DNA of 57,348 nt from Flavobacteriales bacterium. Lineage in GTDB: Bacteria; Bacteroidota; Bacteroidia; Flavobacteriales; BACL11. The notes below the pieces were generated by a model. It had not been told where the DNA came from. It worked only from the letters and a program-made list of their open reading frames with translations, and did not search any database. The translations under genes were made by a program, and so were the position numbers. Below, one piece after another: positions 1 through 10,287 of this stretch. The stretch's first letter is position 1, and each line of letters opens with the position of its first letter. The stretch lies in NCBI GenBank assembly GCA_012960835.1, contig DUAL01000305.1, forward strand, positions 1-57,348, read 5' to 3'.

Positions 1-1
1 C

Positions 2-3000
2 AAATACGATAAGGACATAAAAAGTATTGAGCCAATTATTAAACAGATTCATTTGGAACATGAAAAAATAATTGCTATTTCCAATGATGAGTTGCGCGAG
101 AAAACAACTTACTTAAAAGCCAAGATAGAAAAAAGTATTTGTCAGGAGAAAGAAAAAATATCCTCCTTAAAAAATAAAGCAGAACAAAAAGGAGTCGATA
201 AGGATGAGAAGGAAGAAATCTATAACGAAATAGATGAAATCGAAAAAAGTGTTATTAAAATAATAGAGGTTACTCAAAATGAAATTCTTCCGGTTGCCTT
301 TGCTGTAATTAAAGAAACTGCAACACGATTTAAAAACAATGCAACCATAAAAGTTACTGCTAATGATGTTGATAGAGATTTAGCTGCTAACAAAGATTTT
401 GTAAGCATTGAAGGAGCATATGCTATTTATAAAAATTCTTGGATTGCTGCCGGAAATGAAATCACTTGGGATATGATTCATTATGATGTGCAATTAGTAG
501 GTGGAGTGGTGCTGCATCAAGGTAAAATTGCAGAGATGTCAACTGGGGAAGGAAAAACTTTAGTAGCTACTCTTCCCGTATATCTGAATGCCCTTGCTGG
601 TTTGGGGGTACATTTGGTTACAGTGAATAATTATTTAGCAAAAAGGGATGCAGAGTGGATGGGTCCAATTTTTCAATTCCATGGATTGAGTATTGATTGT
701 ATTGATAACCATCAGCCAAATTCTGATGAAAGGAAACAGGCCTATTTAGCCGATATCACATATGGTACTAATAACGAATTTGGCTTTGATTATTTACGCG
801 ATAATATGGCGCGTAGGCCAAAAGATTTAGTACAAAGAAAACATCATTATACCATTGTTGATGAGGTGGATTCTGTACTTATTGATGATGCTAGAACCCC
901 CCTTATTATTTCTGGCCCTATCCCAAAAGGGGATGTGCACGAATACAATGAGCTAAAACATAAACTAGAACGCTTGGTTTCAGTACAAAGAAAATTTGTT
1001 ACAACCGTAATTGCAGATGCTAAAAAAATGTTTGCTGAAGGAAATTCAGATGATGCGGGACTAAATTTACTAAGGGCTTTTAGGGGATTACCTAGAAATA
1101 AAGCGCTTATTAAGTTTTTAAGTGAAGAGGGCGTGAAAAGCCAATTACAAAAAACAGAGAATTTTTATATGCAGGACCAAAGCAAAGAAATGCATATTGT
1201 TGATGAAGCCCTTTTCTTTGTAATTGATGAAAAAAACAATACCATTGAGCTTACTGAAAAAGGAATTGAGCTAATGACAACAGAAATTGAGGACAAGAAT
1301 TTCTTTGTAATGCCAGATGTGGGTGCTGAAATAGCCATTTTAGGAAAAGAAGATCTGACCGATAAAAAAAGAGCCAGCAAAAAAGAGGAGTTACTAAGAG
1401 ATTTCGCCATTAAAAGTGAGCGAATACATACGGTAAATCAGTTACTAAAAGCATACACACTTTTCGAAAAAGATGTGGAATATGTGGTGATGGACAACAA
1501 AGTAAAAATTGTAGATGAGCAAACTGGTCGAATCATGGAAGGTAGAAGATATTCGGATGGATTGCACCAAGCTATTGAGGCCAAAGAAAATGTAAAAATT
1601 GAAGAGGCCACACAAACTTATGCTACCATTACCCTTCAAAATTATTTCAGAATGTACAATAAGTTATCGGGGATGACTGGTACTGCTGAAACGGAGGCGG
1701 GAGAATTTTGGGAGATTTACAAATTGGATGTGGTGGTAATTCCTACCAACCGTCCAATTGTTCGGGACGATAAAGACGATTTGGTTTATAAAACCAACAG
1801 AGAAAAATACAATGCTGTTATTGAAGAAATTGATACCCTCACCAAAGCTGAGAGACCAATTTTAGTAGGAACTACTTCTGTTGAAATTTCTGAACTTTTA
1901 AGCAGAACGCTTAAAATGAGAAACATCAAACACAATGTACTGAATGCAAAACTCCACCAAAGAGAAGCGGATATTGTAGCGGAAGCAGGTAAAGCATCTG
2001 TAGTAACTATTGCCACCAATATGGCAGGGAGAGGAACGGATATTAAGCTTTCGGAGGAGGTGAAAAAATCTGGCGGATTAGCAATTTTAGGAACGGAAAG
2101 ACACGATTCAAGAAGGGTGGACAGGCAACTTAGAGGTCGTTCAGGAAGACAAGGTGATCCTGGCTCTTCTCAGTTTTTCGTTTCCTTAGAAGATAATTTG
2201 ATGCGACTTTTTGGCTCTGAACGAATTGCAAAACTGATGGATAAGATGGGATTGGAAGAAGGGGAAGTTATCCAGCATTCTATGGTGAGTAAGTCCATTG
2301 AAAGGGCACAGAAAAAAGTGGAGGAAAATAACTTTGGCATACGAAAAAGATTGCTGGAATATGATGATGTAATGAATCAGCAAAGGGAAGTGATTTACAA
2401 AAAAAGAAGGCATGCTCTTTTTGGCGACCGACTATCCCTAGATATTTCCAATATGATTTATGATACTTGTGAGAGCATTATTGAACAAACGCATGAAGTC
2501 AAAGATTTTGAAAATTATAAATTAGATTTGATTCGCTTTTTAGCTAGCGATAGCCCTGTTGCTGAACAGGAATTTCAAGACCTTAATATTCACGAAATAG
2601 TTGAAAAAACTTACCAATCCTGCTATAAAAGTTACCAACTGAAATCAGAGAATATAGCCAAAAAAGCATTCCCAATAATAAAAGATGTTTTTGATAATCA
2701 ATCGGCTACTTATGAGAATATTGTAATTCCTTTTACAGATGGAATGAAAACACTACAAGTGGTTACCAACCTAAAAGAATCGGTGGAACAAGAGGGAAAT
2801 AATATTGGTTTGGCCATTGAAAAAAGTGTAACCCTTGCCATAATTGATGATAGCTGGAAAGAACATTTAAGAGAAATGGATGAGTTAAAACAATCCGTGC
2901 AAAATGCAGTTTATGAGCAGAAAGATCCGTTACTTATTTACAAATTTGAATCCTTCAATTTATTTAAAACCTTGATTGATAAAGTAAATAAAGAAATTGT

Positions 3001-3250
3001 TTCTTTCCTTTTAAAAGCGGACTTACCTACACAATCTAATGTGCAAGAAGAAAGAAGGCAAGCTGAAACTAACTTACAAACTAGCCGCCCAGAAATGGCT
3101 GCTCCTAGCAGTGGAGATCCTCAAAATCCTAATCAACCACCACAAGCCCCACAAAAAACACAACCTGTAAGGGTGGAACAAAAAGTGGGAAGAAACGAAC
3201 CATGCCCATGTGGATCGGGTAAGAAATACAAAAAATGTCACGGCAGATAA
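2..3250 (+). CDS. secA: Preprotein translocase ATPase SecA (5' end cut by window edge)
   Basis: The frame is open from nt 2 ([17 protein letters not shown]...), so the TTG at 53 is not the real start. Motifs seen: MSTGEGKT (Walker A), [31 protein letters not shown], and the C-terminal zinc motif [14 protein letters not shown]. Confidence 0.96.
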   Translation, partial: KYDKDIKSIEPIIKQIHLEHEKIIAISNDELREKTTYLKAKIEKSICQEKEKISSLKNKAEQKGVDKDEKEEIYNEIDEIEKSVIKIIEVTQNEILPVAFAVIKETATRFKNNATIKVTANDVDRDLAANKDFVSIEGAYAIYKNSWIAAGNEITWDMIHYDVQLVGGVVLHQGKIAEMSTGEGKTLVATLPVYLNALAGLGVHLVTVNNYLAKRDAEWMGPIFQFHGLSIDCIDNHQPNSDERKQAYLADITYGTNNEFGFDYLRDNMARRPKDLVQRKHHYTIVDEVDSVLIDDARTPLIISGPIPKGDVHEYNELKHKLERLVSVQRKFVTTVIADAKKMFAEGNSDDAGLNLLRAFRGLPRNKALIKFLSEEGVKSQLQKTENFYMQDQSKEMHIVDEALFFVIDEKNNTIELTEKGIELMTTEIEDKNFFVMPDVGAEIAILGKEDLTDKKRASKKEELLRDFAIKSERIHTVNQLLKAYTLFEKDVEYVVMDNKVKIVDEQTGRIMEGRRYSDGLHQAIEAKENVKIEEATQTYATITLQNYFRMYNKLSGMTGTAETEAGEFWEIYKLDVVVIPTNRPIVRDDKDDLVYKTNREKYNAVIEEIDTLTKAERPILVGTTSVEISELLSRTLKMRNIKHNVLNAKLHQREADIVAEAGKASVVTIATNMAGRGTDIKLSEEVKKSGGLAILGTERHDSRRVDRQLRGRSGRQGDPGSSQFFVSLEDNLMRLFGSERIAKLMDKMGLEEGEVIQHSMVSKSIERAQKKVEENNFGIRKRLLEYDDVMNQQREVIYKKRRHALFGDRLSLDISNMIYDTCESIIEQTHEVKDFENYKLDLIRFLASDSPVAEQEFQDLNIHEIVEKTYQSCYKSYQLKSENIAKKAFPIIKDVFDNQSATYENIVIPFTDGMKTLQVVTNLKESVEQEGNNIGLAIEKSVTLAIIDDSWKEHLREMDELKQSVQNAVYEQKDPLLIYKFESFNLFKTLIDKVNKEIVSFLLKADLPTQSNVQEERRQAETNLQTSRPEMAAPSSGDPQNPNQPPQAPQKTQPVRVEQKVGRNEPCPCGSGKKYKKCHGR

Positions 3251-3804
3251 AAAGATGCAAGTGGCCTAAAAATGATGCCGTCTACATAAGGTATCATGAT
3301 AGGGAATGGGGCATTCCTGTTTATGAGGATCAGAAAATATTTGAGTTTCTACTCTTGGAGACTTTCCAGGCAGGATTGAGTTGGATAACAATCCTTAAAA
3401 GAAGAGAAAATTTTCGTACTGCTTTCGATAATTTTGATTTTCAAAAAATCGCTAATTATTCGGATACAAAACAGGCTGAATTAAAGCTAGATGCTGGTAT
3501 TATAAGAAATACCTTGAAGATTAAAGCGGCTACTAGTAACGCTCAAGCTTTTATTAAAGTACAACAGGAGTTTGGTACATTTTCAAAATACCTTTGGGGT
3601 TTCGTTGGCGGAAAGCCAATTCAGAATCATTTCAAAACTATAAGTGAATTGCCAGCAAACACGCCACTTTCTGATAAAATAAGTGCTGATTTAAAAAATA
3701 GAGGATTTAAATTTGTTGGTTCAACAATTATTTACGCCCACATGCAAGCGATGGGAATGGTAAATGACCATACAACAGATTGTTTCCGATATAATGAAGT
3801 TTAG
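3235..3804 (+). CDS. tag: DNA-3-methyladenine glycosylase I
   Basis: N-terminal KRCKW...[13 protein letters not shown] and [19 protein letters not shown] are typical of Tag. It overlaps the secA end by 16 nt. Confidence 0.88.
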   Translation: MSRQIKRCKWPKNDAVYIRYHDREWGIPVYEDQKIFEFLLLETFQAGLSWITILKRRENFRTAFDNFDFQKIANYSDTKQAELKLDAGIIRNTLKIKAATSNAQAFIKVQQEFGTFSKYLWGFVGGKPIQNHFKTISELPANTPLSDKISADLKNRGFKFVGSTIIYAHMQAMGMVNDHTTDCFRYNEV

Positions 3805-3807
3805 TTT

Positions 3808-4896
3808 CTACTTCAAATACCTAAAATCCTGATTGTTTTTTATCTTTTTTAAAGATTCAAAAATCAATCGAATTACATTTTCTACATCATTTTTATGCGC
3901 ACTTTCCACTGTAGTATGCATATACCTTAGCGGCAGGGAAATAAGTGCCGAAGCTACTCCACCAGTGGAATAGGCAAAAGCATCTGTATCAGTTCCAGTA
4001 GAGCGAGAAGCGGCATTTCTTTGGAAAGGAATCTTTTTCTTCTCAGCAGAATCAATGATTAAATTCAGTAAATTATTTTGCACGGCAGGACCATAAGTAA
4101 GCACTGGACCATCCCCACATTTTGTATCGCCTTCTTTTATTTTATCAATCATTGGGGTATTAGTATCATGGCACACATCCGTTATAATGGCAACATCTGG
4201 TTTTATGCTCTCGGTAATCATTTGAGCACCTCTCAAACCCACCTCCTCCTGAACAGAATTTGTAATATAAAGGCCAAAAGGTAATTTCACTTTATTTTCT
4301 TTCAAAAGACGAGCTACTTCCGCAATCATAAAACCCCCTACTCTGTTGTCAAGGGCTCTGCCTACATAAAAATTCTTATTCAGAATCATAAATTTATCTT
4401 CATAGGTAACCACACAGCCCACATGAATGCCTAATTTTTCAACCTCCTTTTTACTGTCACAACCACAATCTAAAAAGATATTTTCCACTTTTGGGGATTT
4501 CTCAGTTCCTGCCTTACGAGTATGGATTGCTGGCCAACCAAATACTGCTTTTACCATTCCTTTTTTAGTATGGATATTTACTCTTTTTGAGGGCGCAATC
4601 TGATGATCAGAACCACCATTACGCACCAAATAAATAAAACCATCTTTGGTGATATAATGCACAAACCATGAAATTTCATCAGCATGCGCTTCAATTACAA
4701 CTTTATATTTTGCTTTTGGGTTTATTACTCCAACAACAGAGCCGTAAGTATCTACAAAATACTCATCAATATAGGGCTTGATGTAGTTTAACCACATTTT
4801 TTGCCCTTCACTTTCAAAGCCAGTTGGAGAGCAATTATTTAGGTAATCCTCTAAAAATTGTTCCGATTTTTTAGTAATAATTTTCTTCTTTGCCAT
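3808..4896 (-). CDS. M42 family metallopeptidase (aminopeptidase/endoglucanase-like)
   Basis: Motifs seen: AHADEI, ALDNRVGG and QEEVGLRGA. The 362-aa length fits the M42/FrvX family. Confidence 0.8.
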   Translation of the reverse strand: MAKKKIITKKSEQFLEDYLNNCSPTGFESEGQKMWLNYIKPYIDEYFVDTYGSVVGVINPKAKYKVVIEAHADEISWFVHYITKDGFIYLVRNGGSDHQIAPSKRVNIHTKKGMVKAVFGWPAIHTRKAGTEKSPKVENIFLDCGCDSKKEVEKLGIHVGCVVTYEDKFMILNKNFYVGRALDNRVGGFMIAEVARLLKENKVKLPFGLYITNSVQEEVGLRGAQMITESIKPDVAIITDVCHDTNTPMIDKIKEGDTKCGDGPVLTYGPAVQNNLLNLIIDSAEKKKIPFQRNAASRSTGTDTDAFAYSTGGVASALISLPLRYMHTTVESAHKNDVENVIRLIFESLKKIKNNQDFRYLK

Positions 4897-4932
4897 AATT
4901 TGTTTTGAATTAAAGGTGCGAATATAAGGATT

Positions 4933-6471
4933 TTATCCTGCCCAACCCTCTCTATCTAAGGAGCGATACTGAATGGCCTCTGCAATATGAGCTGAACTAA
5001 TATTTTCAGCATTATCCAAATCGGCAATGGTTCGAGCAACTTTCAATATTCTATCATACGCCCTGGCGGAAAGGTCTAGTTTTTCCATTGCCGTTTTTAG
5101 TAGCTCTTGGCTTTGTGGATTTAATTTGCAATGGCTTTGAATTTGCTTTGTATTCATTTGAGAATTAGCGTGAATCTTTTCGTTTTCAACAAATCTATTT
5201 TCTTGAATATCTCTTGCTTTTATTACTCTTTCCCTAATTTGCTGACTGCTTTCTCCCTTTTCTTTTTTGGTCAATTCATCAAAATTTACAGGCGTAACTT
5301 CCACATGCAAATCAATTCTGTCAAGTAAGGGTCCTGATATTTTATTCAGATATTTTTGCACCATTCCAGGAGGACACATACAAGCTTTATCAGGATGATT
5401 ATAATATCCACATGGGCAAGGATTCATAGAGGTAACCAACATAAAGCTAGCCGGATAATCTACTGAAAATTTAGCGCGGGAAATAGTTACTACCCTATCC
5501 TCAATGGGTTGTCGCATTACTTCTAAAACCGTTCGTTTGAACTCTGGTAATTCATCTAAAAACAAAACGCCATTATGAGCCAATGAAATTTCCCCTGGTT
5601 GAGGATGCGTACCTCCCCCAACTAATGCTACATCTGAAATAGTATGGTGAGGCGAGCGAAAAGGACGAGAAGTCATAAGCGTATCATTTGCAGCTAATTT
5701 CCCTGAAACAGAGTGAATCTTTGTAGTTTCTAGTGCTTCTTGTAATGATAGTGGCGGCAGAATCCCTGGCATTCGTTTTGCCAACATGGTTTTCCCTGCC
5801 CCAGGCGGACCTATCATAATTACATTATGCCCACCGGCAGCAGCAATTTCCAATGCTCGTTTTATATTTTCTTGCCCCTTTACATCCGAAAAATCAGAAG
5901 CAACATTATTCAGTCCTTCATAAAACTCTTTTCTTGTATCAACAATGGTGGGGCTTATTTTTATTTCCTCTTTGAAAAAATCAATTACTTCCCGAACATT
6001 CGACACAGCTAACACTTGCAAATCATTTACAATAGCCGCCTCTCTTGCATTTTCCTTTGGTAAAAATATTCCTTTAAACCCTTCTTCTTTTGCTTGTATG
6101 GCAATGGGCAAAGCTCCTTTTATTGGTAAGATACTTCCATCTAAGGAAAGCTCCCCCATTATTACATAGTATGCTAATTTAGCATTTTCAAATTCTTTAT
6201 TAGCAGCTAAAATTCCTATGGCAAGTGGTAAATCATAAGCTGATCCTTCCTTTCTAATATCAGCTGGCGCCATATTAATTACAATTTGTTTTCCAGGAAC
6301 TCGATAGCCATTATTTTGTAGTGCTGCACGAATTCTTTGCTCACTTTCTTTTACTGCATTGTCCGGCAATCCAACCAAATAAAATTTTATTCCTCTTGTA
6401 ATATCCACCTCAATGGTAATCGTTTTGGCATCAATACCGCTTACTGCACTACCATAGGTTTTAACTAACAT
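4933..6471 (-). CDS. comM: YifB/ComM family Mg-chelatase-like ATPase
   Basis: Lon-protease-like N-terminal domain, Walker A GPPGAGKTMLAKR, ChlI-like core, and a C-terminal helix-rich domain. The 512-aa ORF is intact. Confidence 0.88.
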   Translation of the reverse strand: MLVKTYGSAVSGIDAKTITIEVDITRGIKFYLVGLPDNAVKESEQRIRAALQNNGYRVPGKQIVINMAPADIRKEGSAYDLPLAIGILAANKEFENAKLAYYVIMGELSLDGSILPIKGALPIAIQAKEEGFKGIFLPKENAREAAIVNDLQVLAVSNVREVIDFFKEEIKISPTIVDTRKEFYEGLNNVASDFSDVKGQENIKRALEIAAAGGHNVIMIGPPGAGKTMLAKRMPGILPPLSLQEALETTKIHSVSGKLAANDTLMTSRPFRSPHHTISDVALVGGGTHPQPGEISLAHNGVLFLDELPEFKRTVLEVMRQPIEDRVVTISRAKFSVDYPASFMLVTSMNPCPCGYYNHPDKACMCPPGMVQKYLNKISGPLLDRIDLHVEVTPVNFDELTKKEKGESSQQIRERVIKARDIQENRFVENEKIHANSQMNTKQIQSHCKLNPQSQELLKTAMEKLDLSARAYDRILKVARTIADLDNAENISSAHIAEAIQYRSLDREGWAG

Positions 6472-6475
6472 ATTT

Positions 6476-8488
6476 TTATTTATTGAATTCCGTTAAGCCA
6501 CATTTTAGCCATTTTTGAAATTCGCTAACATCAGGAGTGTAGCCAATAGGATTGGTTAAAAGTCCGTTTTTTGGACTATACAGCACATAGTATGGCTGTG
6601 ATGAACTAGCATAAGTTACCGCTTGCAAAGTGCTCCATTTATTCCCAACAGTAGTTAAAGTTTTCTTTTTTGTTCCTCCATCAGAAGTTGGAACGACTAC
6701 CGTTTCACTGCTGTCTAATAGCGTTTGCTCATCTACATAAAGTTGGCAAAGCACAAATTCCCCCAACAAATCTTCCACTTCAGGAAATACATTTTCTTCC
6801 ATTTTTCTACAGTTGACACAAGCCCAGCCCGTAAAATCGATAAATACTGCTTTTCCCTCTTGTTCTGCATATTCTATCGCTTCCCAATAGTCAAAAAATA
6901 CTTCTTTTTCTTCTTGCTGGTAAGTATAGCTATAACTCAGTGGCGGAGGAAATCCACTTAATACTTCATGCTCCCACCAATTTAAATGCGAACCAAACAT
7001 TCCTGGAATTAGGTAAATAGTAAAAAATAAAAAAGACAATATAAACCCATAACGCATTTTGGAAATCTTTTGTACTTTAGAATCGTGAGGGAACTGAATT
7101 TTTCCAATTAGATACAATACCGTTAGCACGCCAATAATAAACCAAAGCACAAAGAAGGTTTCCCTTTTTATCAAGCCCCATTGCTCTACCATATCGGCAT
7201 TAGAAAGGAACTTTATGGCTAGTGCAACTTCTAAAAATCCTAACACTACTTTTACTGAATTTAGCCATCCTCCAGATTGTGGTAGTGCATCTAACAATTT
7301 TGGAAAAAGAGCAAATAAAGCAAACGGAAAGCCCAATGCTAATCCGAAACCTGTCATTCCTGCTGTTAATTTGGTGGCAACCATTTTGAATTCCATTCCT
7401 AAAATAACAACAGTGCTTACATCTCCACCTAAAGTTCCTGCCAGAAGTGAGCCTAAAATAGGACCAGTGCAAGAGAAAGAAACAATAGCTAAAGTTAGCG
7501 CCATGAAAAAGATGCCAATTAATCCGCCAATATTGGAGCCTGAATCCGCTTTATTGCCCCATTTGCTGGGTAATGCTAATTCAAAATATCCAAAAAAGGA
7601 AAGTGCAAAAGCAATGAAAATAGCAAAGAAGAAAAGGTTGAGCCAACTATTTGTAGAAATCTGGTTTAAAATTTCAGGATCAATGTTGGGCATTAAATGA
7701 AAAGGAATACTTAGTAGAAAATAAATCAGCATAATAAAAAAGCCATACATTACCGCATTAAAGGTTCCTTTTCCTTTTTCTCCCTTTGTAAAAAAACTAA
7801 CTGTGAGGGGAATCATAGGAAAAACACAAGGCGTTATAAGGGCAATAAGCCCGCCCAAAAGCCCCAAAATAAAAATGGCCCACAAACTATTTTCTTCTGA
7901 TTTCTTTTCCCCACAATCGGTAGATGGATTGTTTAATTCTACTAATTTGTCATTGTATTTTTGGGTGTTTTCAATTTCTTCTATAGTAATTTCTTCTTCC
8001 GCTTTTTTCACTACTATTCTCCCGTCTGAATTAATTTGGAAGGAAAAAGGAACTGGCATTGGAAAAACACATTGGACCTCATCACATAACATAAAATTAA
8101 TCTCTCCTGTTATATTAAATGGATCTTTAGTTAGTAATTTTATTCTCTGTCGAAAAGTAACTTCCCCTTCATAGTATTTTAATGTTTCTTCCCAAATAGG
8201 ATCATAATCTTGTATAGGTGGCTCTTCTAAAACACTATCCTGTTTGATAAAAAAATCTGATTCATTAAAAGTAAAGGATGTAGGTATAGGTCCCTCATCA
8301 CTAAAATATTGCCCGGTAAATTGAGAATACAAATGCCAATGCTCTTCAATGCTCGCTTTAAACTGTAGTTCAACTTCTGACTCAGAAATTTTGTTTTGCG
8401 AAAATTCCCAAATTACAGGATCTATAATTTGAGCATTTGAAAATATGCCTGCAAATAAAAATGCAAGTACAAAAAATATTTTTTTCAT
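6476..8488 (-). CDS. dsbD: Thiol:disulfide interchange protein, DsbD-like (N-terminal periplasmic domain + CcdA-type membrane core + C-terminal thioredoxin)
   Basis: Signal peptide, membrane-core motif CVFPMIPLTVSFF, many TM segments, and a C-terminal thioredoxin fold with CxxC (WACVNCRKME). Confidence 0.8.
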   Translation of the reverse strand: MKKIFFVLAFLFAGIFSNAQIIDPVIWEFSQNKISESEVELQFKASIEEHWHLYSQFTGQYFSDEGPIPTSFTFNESDFFIKQDSVLEEPPIQDYDPIWEETLKYYEGEVTFRQRIKLLTKDPFNITGEINFMLCDEVQCVFPMPVPFSFQINSDGRIVVKKAEEEITIEEIENTQKYNDKLVELNNPSTDCGEKKSEENSLWAIFILGLLGGLIALITPCVFPMIPLTVSFFTKGEKGKGTFNAVMYGFFIMLIYFLLSIPFHLMPNIDPEILNQISTNSWLNLFFFAIFIAFALSFFGYFELALPSKWGNKADSGSNIGGLIGIFFMALTLAIVSFSCTGPILGSLLAGTLGGDVSTVVILGMEFKMVATKLTAGMTGFGLALGFPFALFALFPKLLDALPQSGGWLNSVKVVLGFLEVALAIKFLSNADMVEQWGLIKRETFFVLWFIIGVLTVLYLIGKIQFPHDSKVQKISKMRYGFILSFLFFTIYLIPGMFGSHLNWWEHEVLSGFPPPLSYSYTYQQEEKEVFFDYWEAIEYAEQEGKAVFIDFTGWACVNCRKMEENVFPEVEDLLGEFVLCQLYVDEQTLLDSSETVVVPTSDGGTKKKTLTTVGNKWSTLQAVTYASSSQPYYVLYSPKNGLLTNPIGYTPDVSEFQKWLKCGLTEFNK

Positions 8489-8492
8489 TCTT

Positions 8493-8972
8493 CTATTGGT
8501 TTAATTCTTGATTTATAATCCTAGCTAATTCTTCCGATTTTTGGCTCCCAATCAAATAGATTAAGCCATCTTTATCGGTAAGCTCAACCGCATCAACACC
8601 TCTTGTGTAAAAACGAATGGTGCCTTTTAGATGCAAATTATAAACGGATCGATTCAAAATATATTTGCTGTACATTACTTTTTTGACTGATTTAATACTA
8701 CTTAAATCAATCTTTATTTTTCTAGATGTCCATAGTCCATCTAATATGATACTTTTGTTTTGTACTTTGGTTTCAAAGTGTAATACAAACACAAGCAAAA
8801 CCGAAATTACTAAAATAGCTATTCCTAAAAAGAAGAAAAGTTCGCCCGATTTTTCGTGATTTTCTTTCCAATAATAAGCCACAAAACAAAACAATGCCAA
8901 TGCTATCCTTCTGGAAAGCGACATTTTATTTAATCCCAAATACTGTTTTTCTTCAAATTTTATTTCTGACAT
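8493..8972 (-). CDS. Hypothetical membrane protein (two TM helices + soluble C-terminal domain)
   Basis: 159-aa ORF packed 1 nt after tilS and 4 nt before dsbD. It has two hydrophobic helices (IALALFCFVAYYW; FFFLGIAILVISVLLVFVL). I recognise no family motif. Confidence 0.55.
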   Translation of the reverse strand: MSEIKFEEKQYLGLNKMSLSRRIALALFCFVAYYWKENHEKSGELFFFLGIAILVISVLLVFVLHFETKVQNKSIILDGLWTSRKIKIDLSSIKSVKKVMYSKYILNRSVYNLHLKGTIRFYTRGVDAVELTDKDGLIYLIGSQKSEELARIINQELNQ

Positions 8973-8973
8973 C

Positions 8974-10287
8974 TTATTCTTTTAAAAGTTGCACAATATA
9001 CGCCTTTTTAGTGTTTTCTAATATTTTGAATCTTTCGTCTAATCTTAACCCAATAATCCACATAATTTCATTGTCAGAGCATAGCACCCAAATTTGTTCC
9101 TTTTCAGGAATTGAAATTTTATTGTCAATAAAAAAGTCACTTAATTTCTTTTTACCTTTCATCCCAAGCGGAAAGAAAAAATCTCCTTTTTCCCACTTTC
9201 TTAAAACTAGTGGAAATTTCAATTTATCAAAGTCAAGCATTGCAATATTTACATCATTTTGAATAGCAAGATTTCCGGACAATGAGAACCTTAAATGAAT
9301 TGGGGAAAAACATTCTTTATCATTTTTGTTAATTTGTATTTCAAGCTTTTCATTTTCCCTAATGGCTTGAATAATTATTTGCTTTCTATCGATAATTAAG
9401 CGGTGAGTAGCAGAAAAAAATTGCTTCCCGGATTGCTTTTGTAAAGCGATAGAAATATCGTTCACACTGAAAAAACCAAATGGTTTCAAAAGCTCATAAA
9501 GATATGTTGGCATGGGATTTAGCTTTTCTAATTCTACAATTGAAATGGTAAAATAACTACCTTCTTGTTTTAGCAATCGCCCTTTTTGTTTATTAATTTG
9601 GGTATTGTATATTTCAGAAATACCACTTAAATAATCCATATCCTTTGTTATTGTTTCTTTAATTGAAGGATTAATCTCTTCCAGTAAAGGAATGAGATGA
9701 AGCCGTATTTTATTTCTAAGATATTTATCGTCTTTATTAGAACTGTCTTCACGATATTCAATTTTATTTTCTTTAAGGAAATCATAAATTTCATCTTTTC
9801 TTGCAAACAAAAGAGGTCTAATTATATTCCTTCTTTTCGGATGAATTCCCAACATTCCTTTTATTCCCGTTCCTCTTAGAAGGTTGATAAAAAAAGTTTC
9901 AATATCATCATTCTGATGATGAGCCGTAACAATAAAATTGCAATCCAATTTTAATCTCAAGGCTTCAAACCATTTATACCTCAATTCTCTTGCAGCCATC
10001 TGAATGGAAAGCTTATTTTGTATTGCAAAATTTTGAGTGTCAAAGTTGCTTGTAACACATTCTACATTTAGCTTCTTAGCCAACTTTTTTACAAAAACTT
10101 CATCCGAATCCGATTCCTCTTTTCGTAAACCAAAATTGCAATGTGCCATTATAAAATTGCAATTCAATGCCTTTAAAAGACAGGCTAATGCAACACTGTC
10201 TGCGCCACCACTAATAGCAAGTATTAGTTTGTCCTCCCTCTTAAAAAGATGATGTTGTTTTATGTATTTATCTAACTTTTCTTTCAT
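8974..10287 (-). CDS. tilS: tRNA(Ile)-lysidine synthase
   Basis: PP-loop SGGADSVAL near the N-terminus. I prefer the ATG at 10287 (MKEKLDKY...), which forms an ATGA overlap with the pabB stop. The longer ORF reaching 10347 lies inside pabB. Confidence 0.88.
   Translation of the reverse strand: MKEKLDKYIKQHHLFKREDKLILAISGGADSVALACLLKALNCNFIMAHCNFGLRKEESDSDEVFVKKLAKKLNVECVTSNFDTQNFAIQNKLSIQMAARELRYKWFEALRLKLDCNFIVTAHHQNDDIETFFINLLRGTGIKGMLGIHPKRRNIIRPLLFARKDEIYDFLKENKIEYREDSSNKDDKYLRNKIRLHLIPLLEEINPSIKETITKDMDYLSGISEIYNTQINKQKGRLLKQEGSYFTISIVELEKLNPMPTYLYELLKPFGFFSVNDISIALQKQSGKQFFSATHRLIIDRKQIIIQAIRENEKLEIQINKNDKECFSPIHLRFSLSGNLAIQNDVNIAMLDFDKLKFPLVLRKWEKGDFFFPLGMKGKKKLSDFFIDNKISIPEKEQIWVLCSDNEIMWIIGLRLDERFKILENTKKAYIVQLLKE

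Noticed and set aside
4933-6471. comM as an island insertion hotspot (as in the Acinetobacter AbaR islands)
   Set aside because: The ORF is full length (512 aa), uninterrupted, and tightly flanked by housekeeping genes.
7215-7700. 161-aa plus-strand ORF antisense to the dsbD-like gene. Similar long antisense ORFs lie at 23290-23730 (in leuS), 48712-49137 (in glyQS), 52975-53445 (in the S41 peptidase) and 35802-36152 (in recJ).
   Set aside because: Each lies wholly inside a confidently identified gene on the other strand. Their products are low-complexity (S/P/I/F/K-rich) with no recognisable motifs. They are best explained as stop-poor antisense frames of strongly codon-biased genes.
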